Assembly (NCBI GenBank): GCA_052327205.1
Contig: JBMRGM010000039.1
Span: 7,874,001 to 7,938,000 of the forward strand
Origin: Somniosus microcephalus
Taxonomy: Eukaryota
DNA: 64,000 bases
Direction of reading: 5' to 3'
A model generated the notes under the pieces. It saw only the letters and a program-made list of their open reading frames with translations, was not told where the DNA came from and did no database searches. Positions within the stretch are counted from its first letter, which is position 1, and each line of letters starts with the position of its first letter. Shown here one piece after another: positions 1 through 13,283 of the stretch. The translations under genes and the position numbers were made by a program.

Positions 1-3000
1 GCACATATATTACATTGCAAAGTGATATTTCATTGCAATGTTCCATTGAATTGCAATGAATTTTCTATTGCAAAGTGATACTCCATTGCAAAGTGCTATT
101 GCATTGCAAAGGAATTATATAGCAAAGTGATATTCCATTGCAACGAGCAATTGCTTTGCAAATTACTATTAGAGTGCATAGTGATATTCCATGCAATGTT
201 CTATTGCTTTGCAAACGACTACTCTATTGCAAAGTGCTGTTCCACTGCAAAGTCATATTCCATTCCAAATAACGGTCATATTGCAAAGTGATCTTCCATT
301 GCAATGCTCTACTGCATTGCAAATGACTATTATATTCCAAACTGTTATTCGATTGCAATGTTCCATTGCATTGCAATGACTAATAAATTGCCAATTCATA
401 TTCCTTGCAATGTTCTATTGCATTGCAAATGATGATAGTATTGCAGTGATATTCCTTTGCGATGTTCTTTTGCATTGCAAACTATGATTATGTTGCAAAG
501 TGATATTCCACTGCAATAATCTATTTCATTGCAAATGACTAGTATATTGCAAAGTGATATTTCATTGCAATGTTATATTGCATTGCAAATGCCGAACATA
601 TTGCAAAGCTATATTCCATTGCAATTTTCTATTGCATTGCAGATGGCTATTATATTGCAAGCTCAATTTCCATTGTAATATTGCATTGCATTGCAATGTC
701 TATTATATTGCAAAGAAACATTCTATTGCAATGTTCTATTGCATTGCAATGACTATTATAATGCAAAGTGATATTTGATTGCAATGTTTTATTGCATTGC
801 AAATGATGATCATATTACAAAGCGATATTCCATTGCAATGTGTAATTGCTTTGCAAATGACTATTATATTGCAATCTGCTATTCCATTGCAATGTTCAAT
901 TGCATTGCAAATTAATTTATTTTGAAAAGTGATATTCCATTGCAATATCGTATTGCATTGCAAATGTTGTTCATATTGCAAAGCATTATTCCATTGCAAT
1001 GTGCTATTGCATTGAAAATGAATATAATATTGCAAGTTAATATTCCATTGCAATGTTCTATTGCATTGCTAATGACTATTATATTGCAAAGTGATATTCC
1101 ATTGAAATGTTCCATTGCATGGCAAATGACATTCATATTGCAAACTGATATCCCATTGCAATGTTGCATTGCGTAGCAATGACTATGCTGTTGCAAAGAA
1201 TTATTCTATCATAATATGCTATTGCATGGCAAATTGCAATTGTTTTGCAGTGATATTCCATTGCAATGTTCTGTAGCATTGCAAATGACTTTCATATTGC
1301 AAAGCGATATTCCATTGCAATATTGTATTATATTGCAAGCTTAATTTCCATTGTAATGTTCCATTGCATTGCATTGACTATTATATTGCAAATAAATATT
1401 CCATTGCAATGTGCAATTACATTACAAATGACTACTGTATTGCTAAGCGATGTTCCATTGCAATGTTCTGTTGCATTGCAAATTATTATTATATCGTAAT
1501 ATGATATTCCATTGCAATGTTCAATTGCATTGCAAATTAATTTCTATTGCAAAGTGATACTTCATTGCACTCTCCTATTGCATTGCAAATGGTGATCATA
1601 TTGCAAAGCGATAGTCCATTGTAATATGTTATTGCATTGAAAATGAATAAAATATTGCAAGTTAATATTGCAAAGTGATATTTCATTGCAATGTTGTATA
1701 TATTGCAAAGTGATGTTCCCTTCCAATGTGCTATTGCATTGCAACTGCCAATAATATTGCAAGTTTATATTCCATTGCAATGCTCTATTGCATTGAAAAT
1801 GATGTCTATATTGCAGTGATATTCTATTGCAATGTGCCAATGTATTGCAAATGAAAATAATATCACCGGTTGACATTCCATTGTAATGTTGTATTGCATT
1901 GCAAACGACTATTATATTGCAATTTAATATTTCATTAAAATTTGCTATTGCATTGCAATTGAATATTAAATAGCAAAGCAGTATTCCATTGCAATCTACT
2001 ATTGCATTGCAAATGACGATTATATGGCAAACTGATATTTTTTTGCAAGATTTCTTTGCATTGCAATGTTGTACGGCATTGCACATTAGTATTATATTGC
2101 AAACTGATATTCCATTGCAATGTTCCATTGGATTGCAATGAATATTATATTGGGAAGTGATATTCCACTGCAATGTTCTATTGCATTGCAAATGATGATT
2201 ATATTGCAGTGACATTCCATTGCAATGTGCAATTGCATTTCAAATGGCTATTATATTGCAAAATGATGTTGCATTGCAATGTTCTATTGCATTGCAAATG
2301 ACGTTTCTATTGCAGCGATCTTCTATCGCAATGTACCATTGCACTGCAAATGAAAATATTATTGCCAGTTGATATTCCATTGCAATATTCTATTGCATTG
2401 CAAACGACTATTATATTGCAATGTCATATTTCATTGCAATGTGCTATTGCCTTGCAAATGACTATTATAATGCAAAGCGGCATACCATTGCAATGTTCTA
2501 TTGAATTGCAAATGACGATTATATTGCAAACTTATGTTCCATTGCAAGGTTGATTTGCATTGCAATGACGATCATATTGCAATGCGATATTCGATTGCAA
2601 TGTTCTGTTGCAGTGCAAATGTTTTTCATATTGCAAAGTAATATTACATTGCAATGTCATTTTCCATTGCAAATGAAAATTATACTGCAAGTTAAAATTC
2701 CATTCCAGTATTCTATTGCATTGCAAATGAATATTATATTGCATGGTGATATTCCATTGCAAAGTTCTATTGCATTGTCAAATAAAATTATATTGCAAAG
2801 TGATATTCCACTGCAATGTGCTATTGCATTGCGAATGACTTTAATATTGCAAATTGATATGCCATTGCAATGTTCTATTGCACTGCAACTGACGACAATG
2901 GTGCAGTATTATTCCCTTGCAATGTGCAATTGCATTGCAAATGACTATTATATTGCAAAGTGATATTTCATTGCAATGTCCTGTGGCATTGTAAATGTAT

Positions 3001-3970
3001 ATATTATTTCAAGTCAAAATTCCATTGCAACATTCTATTGCATTGCAAATCAATGTTGCAATGCAAAGTGATACCCCATTGCAATATTCTATTGCATTGG
3101 TTAATAATATTATATTGCAAAGTGATATTCCATTGCAATGTGGTATTGGATTGCAAGAAAATATTATATTGCAAAGTGATATACCATTGTAATATCCTAT
3201 TGCATTGCAAATTGCGATGGTACTGCAAAGTGAAAATCCACTGCAATGTGCTATTGCATTGCAAATGAATATAATATTGCAAGTTAATATTCCATTGCAA
3301 TGTCCTATTGCATTGCAAATAAATATTGTATTGCAAATTGATACTCCATTGCAATATTCTATTGCATTGCAAAATAATATTATAGTGCAAAGTGATATTC
3401 CATTGCACTGTGGTATTGGATTGCAAAATAATATTATATTGCAAAGTGATATACCATTGGAATATCCTATTGCATTGCAAATGGTGATGGTACTGCAAAG
3501 CGATATTCCTTTGCAATGTGCTATTGCATTACAAATGAATATAATATTGCAAGTTAATATTCCATTGCAACGTTCTATTGCATTGCAAATGAATATTATA
3601 TTGCAAAGTGATATTCCATTGCAATGTTCTATTGCAGTGCAAATTACTTATATATTGCAAAGTGTTACTCCATTACAATGTTCTATTGCAGTACAAATGA
3701 TGATCACGTTACAAGGCCATATTCCATTGCAATGTGCTATTGCATTGAAAATGACTATGATATTACCAAGATATATTACATTGCAATCTTCTATTGCATT
3801 GCAAATAACTTTCATATTGCAAAGCGATATTCCACTACAATGTCATGTTGCATTGCAAATGACTATTATATTGCAAACTAATATTCCATTGAACTGTTCC
3901 ATTGCATTGCAATGACTATTATATTGCAAAGGGATATTCCACTGCCATGTTCTATTGCATTGCAAATGAC
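1..3970 (+). repeat. 54-bp AT-rich satellite (3 x 18-bp subunits, each starting TTGCAA), block 1
   Basis: Consensus TTGCAAAGTGATATTCCA-TTGCAATGTTCTATTGCA-TTGCAAATGACTATTATA. The recurring ORF-track peptide LQSDIP-LQCSIA-LQMTII reflects this period. Confidence 0.95.
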
Positions 3971-3973
3971 ATA

Positions 3974-5600
3974 GGCCTAGAAATTTGCTTGGTAGTGCCA
4001 GCGATTAGCGCCTAAAGAGCCTGAGAATTGGGGCGTTACCCAATTTTTGGGCAGGCGCTGTGAATACAGCGCCACCTCCCATATTGAGTATGATTTTAGC
4101 ACTGGCGCTAACTCTTTGCGCGCGCCCGCGGGTGCAGGCAGATCATGACGTCATTTCTTTGTGCAACACCATTTTTGCACCCCGGACCGGATATTCAGTG
4201 GCGCCCACAACCTTTCCGCCTGGCGCTATTAATGACAGTTGGATGGAGCGTTCCCAGGCCATGCTCGGACTCGGGGCCGCTATTTAAAGGGGACAGCATG
4301 AGTATAAAAGCTGCAGCCATTTCGGCTGGCCATCCTAATCGTTGCTGGAGTGAGTTGCTGACCTTCTGTTGGACAGTAATTTTCTCATTGAGCCTTCGGA
4401 GGCACTGGCACTGGCAGCTTGAAGGCCCGGCTCCTGAGCTGGTGATGCAGCATCTGAAAGCAGGGAGGTGGGAGAGTGGATTTAGCAAAAGCACAGGTTC
4501 ACAGCAAGGGATGCCAGATTGTGGCAAGGCTATGACATGGGTCCACAGTGAGAAAGCATGCTGGCAGGGGGAACAAGTAGAAGGAGACAGTTGTAAGAGG
4601 TGAGAACCTTACCATCGCTTTCAACAATGGGGTCGGTAGCTGCATTGGTTACAGGATCACTCAGACATCCTCCAAGAATCTGGTGGACTCTCTCCTCGAG
4701 ATCCGTGAGAGTGACCACTTGTGGATGTCCTCCACTGGTGCTAAGGTGGAATTTGCCAATCCTCGCCAGCATGGACTGCATGGGAAAAGAGGGGAATTTA
4801 TGTTACCTGATGCCCTCAGTGATCATCACATGCCCCCCATGGTGCAAGAGCCCTTACATGATGCCCTGAGTCAAATGTGCATGTGTTTGCCCAGAAAGGG
4901 CCATGGGTGCTTGCTGGCAGATGGCCAATGGGGCACAGGCCACCCTGTAGCCATAAAGTCAGGTGCAAATGAAGGGATGCAGAAGTTTGCAGGAACAACA
5001 CCTACCCTCACAACCCGTGTGAGGTCGTTGAATCTCTTTCTGCATTGGACAGGGCTCCTGGTCACCATGCTGCTGGAGTAGACCCTCTGGCATACATCCC
5101 TCCAAGCTCATCGGTAGTCCTTATGATTCGGCCTCCTGCCATTGCCTGGGTAGAGAACATCTTGCCAGCGCTCCACTGTGGCCACCAATTGCTCCAGAGC
5201 CTCATTGATGAAGCGCTCTGCTCTCTGTCTCACCTTCTCCATCTGGTCCAAGTTTTTATCACCAGAGAAGGGCCTGCGCCGATTCTGAGGCCTGCAAGGT
5301 GCAGAGTGTGGATGCTGAAGTTGACTGCCCCACCCATTTAAGAGCTAGCCGGCGCCTGGAAGTCTCGTGGTCATTGGTAATTGAGTGCAGTTGCGCTGAG
5401 CCCATCCACTCCAATATTGGGTTGCGCCGGAAGTTTAGCACCTTAGGAGTCCTGTGTAATGCCTGAATTTGCGCCTCAATCATCTTTAGGGGCGATGCAA
5501 CCCAATATCGCGCCAGGCGGCGATAAATTTCATCTGGCTATAAACTTTGCACAGCGCCAGTTCTAATGCCTCAAGCCAGGCTATACCCAATTTCTAGGCC
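3974..5600. mobile_element. Non-autonomous PIF/Harbinger DNA transposon derivative
   Basis: Perfect 12-bp TIRs GGCCTAGAAATT (3974-3985) and AATTTCTAGGCC (5589-5600). 3-bp TSD ATA at 3971-3973 and 5601-5603. Carries a Myb/SANT-like gene. Confidence 0.85.
4613..5242 (-). pseudogene. Harbinger Myb/SANT-like DNA-binding protein gene (NAIF1/MSANTD-like), spliced, with an internal stop
   Basis: Exon 5242-5006 reads MEKVRQRAERFINEALEQLV...DYR*AWRDVCQRV...RSPVQCRKRFNDLTRVVR followed by donor GTAGGT. Exon 4775-4613 follows a pyrimidine tract and CAG, reads SMLARIG...SGGHPQVVTLTDLEERVHQILGG and ends at GTAAGG. A further acceptor precedes 4453. Confidence 0.75.
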
Positions 5601-5696
5601 ATAGTATCATACAGACATAGAAGATAGGAGCAGGAGTAGGCCATTCGGCACATTGCAATAGAAGATCACTGCAATATAAATGTCATTTGCAATGCT

Positions 5697-6470
5697 AACA
5701 AGGAAAGGAAATACAAATTAAATGGTAGGACACTGAGTAGTGTAGCGGAACAAAGGGACCTTGAAGTGCATGTCCACAGATCGCTGAAGGTAACAGGCCA
5801 AGTAGATAAGGTGGTTAAGAAGTCATACGGAATGCTTGACTTTATTAGCCATGGCATAGAATGAAAGAACAGATTATGCTTCAATTGTATAAAACACTAG
5901 TTAGGACACAGCTAGAGTACTGCGTGCAGTTCTGGTCACCACATTATGAAAAGATGTGACTGCTCTAGAGAGGGTACAGAGGAGATTTACCATGATGTTG
6001 CTGGGAGTAGAGAACCTTAGCTGTGAGGAAAGACTGCATAGGCTGGGTCTGTTTTCCTTGGAACAGCGGAGGCTGAGGGGACACCTTATTGAGGTGTATA
6101 AAATTCTGAAAGGCATCGATAAAGTGGATAAAAAGGGCCTATTTCCCATAGCAGAGTGGTGAAAAACCAGAGGGCATAGATTTAAAGTAATTGTGGGTAG
6201 TTTTAGAGGGACTTTGAGGGGAAATGTCTTCACCCAGAGTGGCGTGGAAGTCTAAAACTCACTGCCTGAAAGGGTGATATAGGCAGGAACCCTAACCACA
6301 TTCCAAAAGTACTTGGATTTACACTTGGGAAGCTCTAAGATGCAGGGCTATGGCCCAAGAGGTGGGAAGTGGGATTAGGCCAGATAGTTCTTAGTTGGCC
6401 GGCATGGACACAATGAGCCGAAATGACCTCCTTCCATGCTGTAACATTCTTTGATTCTGTGATTCTATGA
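5697..6470 (+). mobile_element. CR1 LINE 3' fragment
   Basis: [10 protein letters not shown]...[17 protein letters not shown]2 C-terminus followed by a TGATTC-type tail. Confidence 0.9.
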
Positions 6471-7644
6471 TAGCAATGGAATATCACTTTGCAATATAAT
6501 AGTCATTTGCAATGCAGCAGCATATTGCAATGGAATATCGATTTGCAATGGAATATCACTTGGCAATATACTAGTCACTTGCAATGCAATAGAACATTGC
6601 AATGAAATATTACTGCAATATATTCGTCATTTGCAATGCAATAGAACATTGCAATGGAATATCGCTTTGCAATATAATAGTCATTTGCAAGGCAATAGGA
6701 TATTGCAATGGAATATCACTTTTCAAAATAATAGCCATTTGCAATACAATGGAATATTGCAATGGAATATCAACTGACAATATTATTTTCATTTGCAATG
6801 CAATGGCACATTGCAATTGTATATCGCTACAATATCAACGTCATTTGCAATGCAATAGAACATTGCAATGGAATATCACCTTGCAATACAATAGTCAGTT
6901 GCAATGCAATAGCACATTGCATTATCGAACATCACTGCAACATAATCGTCATTTGCAATACAGTAGAACAACACAAAGGAATTTTAACCTTGCAGTATAA
7001 TAGTCAGTTGCAATGCAATAGCATATTGCAAGGGAATATTGCCTTGCAATATGATGGCCATATGCAATGCGGTAGAAAATTGCAATGGAATAGAGCTTTG
7101 CAATAAAATAGTCATTTGGAATGCAATAGCACGTAGCAATGGCATATTGCCTTGCTATGTGTTTGTCATTTGCAATGCAATAGAACATTGCAATTGAATA
7201 TCATTTTGAGGTATAATAGTCATTTGCAATACAATAGCATATTGCAATGGAATATATCTTTCCAATGAGATCGTCATTTACATTGCAGTAGAGCATTGCA
7301 ATGGAATATCAATTGGCAATATAATAGTCATTTGCAATGCAATAGAACATTGCAATGGAGTACTAACTTGCAATATTATATTCATTTGCAATGCAATAGC
7401 ACATGGTAATGGAATATCACTTTGCAATATAATAGTCATTTGCAATGCAATTGCACATTTTAATGGAATATCACTGCAGTTTAATCGTCATTTGCAATGC
7501 AATACAATATTGCAATAGAATGTCACTGCAGTTTATTCGTCATTTGCAATGCAATAGAATATCGCGATGAGATATCAGTTCGCAATATAATAGTCATTTG
7601 CAATGCTATACAACACTGCAATGGAATATCACTGCAATAAAATT
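6471..7644 (-). repeat. 54-bp TTGCAA satellite in inverted orientation
   Basis: Reverse complement of the block 1 consensus (GCAATGGAATATCACTTTGCAATATAATAGTCATTTGCAA). Short inverted pieces also lie at about 5650-5696 and 8500-8556. Confidence 0.9.
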
Positions 7645-8495
7645 GTGATTGGGCAGATATATGGCAGATGCAGTATAATGTGGATCAATGCGAGGTTATC
7701 CACTTTGGTGGCAAAAACAGGAAGGCAGGTTAGTATCTGAACAACAATAGATTGGGAGAAGGGGAAGTACAATGAGACATGGGTGACCTTGAGCCCCAGT
7801 CGCTGAAGGTAAGCATGCAGGTGCAGCAGCTGGTTATGAAGGCAAATGGTAGGTTGGCTTTCTTAGCGAGAGGATTTCAGTACAGGAACAAAGATTTCTT
7901 GCTGCAGTTGTACAGGGCCTTGGTGAGACCACACCTTATGTATTGTGTGCAGTTTTGTTTGCCTTATCTGAGGAAGGATGTTCTTGCCATGGAGGGATTG
8001 CAGCAAAGATTAACCAGCATGAGACCTGTGATGGAAGGAATGATGTATGAGGAGAGATTGGGTAGATTGGGCTTATACTAGCTGGAGTTCAGAAAATGAG
8101 AATGGATCTCATTGAAACATATAACATGTTAACAGGACTAGACAAACTAGATGCAGGAAGGATGTTATTGATATCGGGGGAGTCCATAACCAGGGTTCAC
8201 AGTCTAAAGATAAGTGGTATGCCATTTAGGACAGAGGCGAAGAGGAATTTCTTCACCCAGATGGTGGTGAACTTGTGGAATTCTCTACATGAGAAGGCAG
8301 TTGAGGCCAATGCATTATATGTATTCAAGAAGGAGTTAGATATATTTCTTAAGGCTAAAGGGCTCATGGATATGGGGAGAAGGCAGAGACAGGGTACTGA
8401 GTTTGAATAATTAGCCATGATCTCATTGAATGGCGGAGCGGGCTCAAGGGGCCGAATGGCCTACTCCTGTTCCCATCTTCTATGTTTCTACAATT
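7645..8495 (+). mobile_element. CR1 LINE 3' fragment
   Basis: LYRALVRPHL.YCVQF and RNFFTQ.VVNLWNSL motifs; 3' UTR hairpin GGGCCGAATGGCC and CTATGTTT tail. Confidence 0.9.
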
Positions 8496-8565
8496 CTGTG
8501 TCATTTGCAATGCAATAGAACATGGCAGTGGAATAACCCTTTGCAATAAAGTAGTCATTGCAATG

Positions 8566-10424
8566 CATTGCAATGGGATATTGTATTGCCAATGAACATA
8601 CTATTGCCAGTTGATATTCCATTGCACTGTGCTATTGAATTGCAAGTGTCGATTATATTACTGAGTGATATACCACTTCATTGCTCTATTGCATTGCAAA
8701 TGATGATCATATTGCAAAGTGATATTACATTGCAATGTTCTATGGCATTGCAAATGATTATTTTATTGCAAACTGATATTCCATTGCAATGTTCCATTGC
8801 ATTGGAATAACTATTATATTGCAAAGTTATATTCCATTGCAATATTATATTGCATTGCAAGGTTGATTATATTGCAAACTCCAAAGCACTATTCATTTGC
8901 AAAGGGATATTCAATTGCAATGTTCTATTGCACTGCAAATTATTTTATACTGTAAAGAGATATTCCATTGGAATGTTCTATTAAATATGACTATTATATT
9001 GCAAAATGATATTCTATTGCAATGTTGCATTTCATTGCAAACGACTAGTATATTGCAATGTGATATTAGATTGCAATGTGCTATTGATTTGCAATTGACT
9101 TATATTAAAAATGACATTCTATTGCAATGTGCAATTGCCTTGCAAATTACTATTATAATGCAAAATCTGATTCCATTACAAAGACAGATTCCAATCCAAA
9201 GCATTATTATATTCAAAATGATATTCCATTGCAATGTGCAATTGCATTGCAAATGAATATTATATTGCAAATTCTGATTCCATTGTGAAGGCAGATTCCA
9301 ATCCAATGCACTGTTATATTGCAAAGTGATATTCCATTGCAATGTGCTATTGCATTGCAAATATCTATTATATTGAAAAGTAATATTCCATTGCAATGTT
9401 CTATTGCATTGCACATGACTATTACATTACAAAGTCATATTCTATTGCAATGTTACAATGCATTGCAAATGACTACTATATTGTTAAGTGATATTCCAGT
9501 GCAATGATCTATTTCAATGCAAGTGACTACGATATTGTTAAGCGATATCACATTGCAATGTTCTATTAGATTGCAATTGAGTATGATATTGTTAAATGAT
9601 ATTCCATTGTAATGTCCTAATGCATTGTGAATGCCTATTATATTGCAAAATGATATTCCATTGCAATGTTATATTGCACTGCAAATGACTATTATATTGC
9701 AAATTAATTTAAATTTCAACGTGCTATTGCATTTGAAATGGCTATTATATAGCAGAGATACTCCATTGCAATACTCTACTGCATTGTAAATCACGATTAT
9801 ATTGCAAAGTTAAATTCCATTCCAATGTGCTATTGCATTGCAAATGACGATTATATTGCAAAGCGATATTCCATTACAATGTGCTATTGCATTGCAAAAG
9901 ACTAGTTTATTGCAAATTGATATTCCATTGCAATGGTTTGTTGCATTACAAATGACTATTATAATGGGAATTCATATTTCATTGCATTGTACAATTGCAA
10001 TGCAAATGACTATTATATTGCAAATGCAGATTCCACTCCAAAGCAAAATTATATTGCAAAGTGATATTCCATCGCAATGTGCTATTGCATTGCAAATGAC
10101 TATTATATTGTGAACTGATATTCCATTGCAATGCCCTATTGCATTGCAAATGACGTTTACATTCCAAAGTGACGTTTCATTGAAATGTGCAAATGCAAAT
10201 GACGATTATATTGCAAAGTGATTTTCCATTGCTTTCTTCTATTGCATTGAATATTGACTATTATATTGCAATGTGATATTAGATTGCAAGGTGCTATTGC
10301 ATAGAAAATGACTATTATATTCCGTTTTAATGTTCTATTGCATTGCAAATGACTATTATATTCCAAACAGATATTCCATTGCAATATTCTATTGCATTGG
10401 AAATGACGATTATATTGTAATGTC
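8566..10424 (+). repeat. 54-bp TTGCAA satellite, forward block
   Basis: Same consensus as block 1. Confidence 0.93.
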
Positions 10425-13283
10425 ATAGAGTCATAGTCATAGAGTTATAAAGCACAGAAAGAGACCCTTCGACCCATCGCATCTGCGCCATCAAGCCCTG
10501 TCTAACCTAATCACATTTTCCAGCATTTGGTCCATAGCCTTGTATGCTATGGCATTTCAAGTGCTCATCCCAATGCTTCTTGTATGTTGTGAGGGTTCCT
10601 GCCTCTACCACACTTTCAGGCAGTGAGATCCATATTCCAAGCTCCCTCTGGGTGAAAAAATTCTTCCTCAAATTCCATCTAAACCTCCTGCCCTTACATT
10701 GAATCTATGCCCCCTCGTTATTGAACCCTCTACTATGGTAAAAAGTTCCTTTCTATCTACCCTATCTATGCCCCTCATAATTTTGTACACCTCAATCAGG
10801 TCCCCCCTCAGCCTTCTCTGCTCCAAGGAAAACAATCCCAGCCTGTCCAGTCTTTCTTCATAGCTGAAGCGCTCCAGCCCAGGTAACATCCTGGTGAATC
10901 TCCACTGCACCCTCTCCAAAGCAATCACATCCTTCCTATAGCGTGATGATCAGAACTGCACACAGCATTCCAGCTGTGGCCTAACTAGCATATTGTACAG
11001 CTCCATCATAACCTCCCTGCTCTTATATTCTATGCCTCGGCTAATGAAGGCAAGTATCCCATATGCCTTTTTAACCATCTTATCCACCTGTTCTGCTGCC
11101 TTCAAGGATCTATGTACATGCACACCAAGTTCCCTCTGATCCTCTGTCTTTCCTAGGGTCTTACCATTCATTGTGTATTCCATTGCCTTGTTACTCCCTC
11201 CAAAATGCATCACCTCACACTTTTCAGGTTTACATTCCATTAGCCACTGTTCCGCCCATCTGACAAACACATCTATATCATCCAGCAGACTGAGGCTCCC
11301 CTCCTTGCTATTTACCACCCCACCAATTTTCGTGTCATCTGCGAACTTACTGATCATAACTTTTACATTCACATCCAAATCATTAATGTAGACCACAAAC
11401 AGCAAGGGACCCAGCACTGATCCCTGCGGTACCCCACTGGACACAGGCTTCCAGTCACAAAAACAAACTTCGACCATCACCCTCTGCCTTCTGCCACCAA
11501 GCCAGTTTTGGATCCAATGTGCCAAGGCGCCCTGGATCCCATGGGCCCTTACCTTCCTGACCAGTCTACTGTGCGGGACTTTATTGAAAGCCTTACCAAA
11601 ATCCATGTATAACACATCCACTGCGCTACACTCATCCACACACCGAGTCACCCCCTCGAAAAATTCAATCAAATTGGTCAGACATGATCTTCCCTTGACA
11701 AAGCCATGCTGACTATCCCTGATTAATCCTTGCCTCTCCAAGTGGAGACTAATTCTGTCCCTCAGAATGTTTTCCAATAATTTCCCTACCACTGATGTTA
11801 GGCTCACTGGCCTGTAATTCCCTGGTTTATCCCTACTACCCTTCTTGAATAATGGTACTACGTTAGCTGTTCTCCAGTCCTCTGGCATATCCCCTATGGC
11901 CAGATAGGTTTTGAAAATTTGTGTCAGAGCCCCTGCAATCTCCTCCTTTGCCTCACAAAGCAGCCTGGGATACATTTCGTCCGGGCCTTTGGATATATCC
12001 ACTTTTAAGCCAGCTAAAACCGCTAGTACCTCCTCCCTCTCGATGCTAATATGTTCAAGTATATCACAGTCCCCCTGCCTGATTTCTATATCTACATCGT
12101 CCTTCTCCATAGTGAACACAGATGCAAAAAATTCATTTATAACCCCACCTACATCTTCTGGCTCCACACACATATTGCCACTTTGGTCCCTAATGGGCCC
12201 TACTCTTTCCCTAGTTATCCTCTTGCCCTTAATATACTATTAAAACACCTTAGGATTTTCCATTATTTTGCTCGGCGGCGTTATTCCATGGCACCTCCTC
12301 GCTCTCGTAATTTCTTTTTTAATTATCCCCCTGCACTTTTTATACTCCTCTAGGGCTTGCTCTGTCTTTAGTCCTTTGTATCTGCCAAAAGCCCTCCTTT
12401 TTTTCCTAATCCATTCTCGTTCATCCCTTGACATCCAAGGTTCCCTGGGCTTGCTTGACCCACCCTTGACCTTTACGGGAACATGTTGCCATTGTACTCT
12501 CTCAATTTCCTTTCTGAAAGACTCCCATTGCTCCGATGTGGATTTTCCTACAAGTAGCTGATCCCAGTCCACTTTGGCCAGATCCTGCCTTATATATTAA
12601 AATCGGCCTTCCCCCAATTTAGAACCTTTATTTCTGGTCCATCTCTGTTCTTTTCCATGACTGCCTTAAATCTCACCAAATTATGGTCACTGTCACCAAA
12701 GTCCTCACCTACTAACACTTCTACCACTTGCCCGGCCACATACCCTAGAATTAGGTCCAGTACCGTCAGCTCTCTTGTTGAAATTTCTACATTCTGGCTC
12801 AAAAAGCTCTCCTGGATGCACTTTAAAAATTCTGCACGCTCTAAGCCTTTCACACTCTGACTATCCCAGTTAATATTGGGGAAGTTGAAATCCCCCACTA
12901 CTATTACCCTATTATTTGCAAATTTGTCTGAGATTTACCTACATATCTGTTCCTCTATCTCCCCCTGACTGTTTGGGGGCCTATAGTACACTCCCAGCAA
13001 AGTGCTTCCCCCCTTTTTGTTTTTAATTTCTACCCATGAGGCCTCATTAGATGAACCTGTTAATATATCATCCCTCCTTACAGCAGTAATTGACTCCTTA
13101 ATTAATATTGCGACACCCCCTCCTCTTTTACCCCACCCCCCTCTGTCTCGCCTGAAGATTCTATACCCCGGAATATTGAGCTGCCAGTCTTGCCCCTCTC
13201 TCAACCATGTCTCCGTAATAGCAACAATATCATACTCCCATGTGTTCATCAACAGCTTCAGTTCATCCACCTTATTCGCAATG
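10425..13283 (-). mobile_element. CR1 LINE, near-complete degraded ORF2 (endonuclease plus RT)
   Basis: AITETWL, GVYYRPP, MGDFNFP, NYRPVSLTS, GVPQGSVLGP and SKFADDTK motifs are split over several ORFs. The tail is at 10425. Confidence 0.95.
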
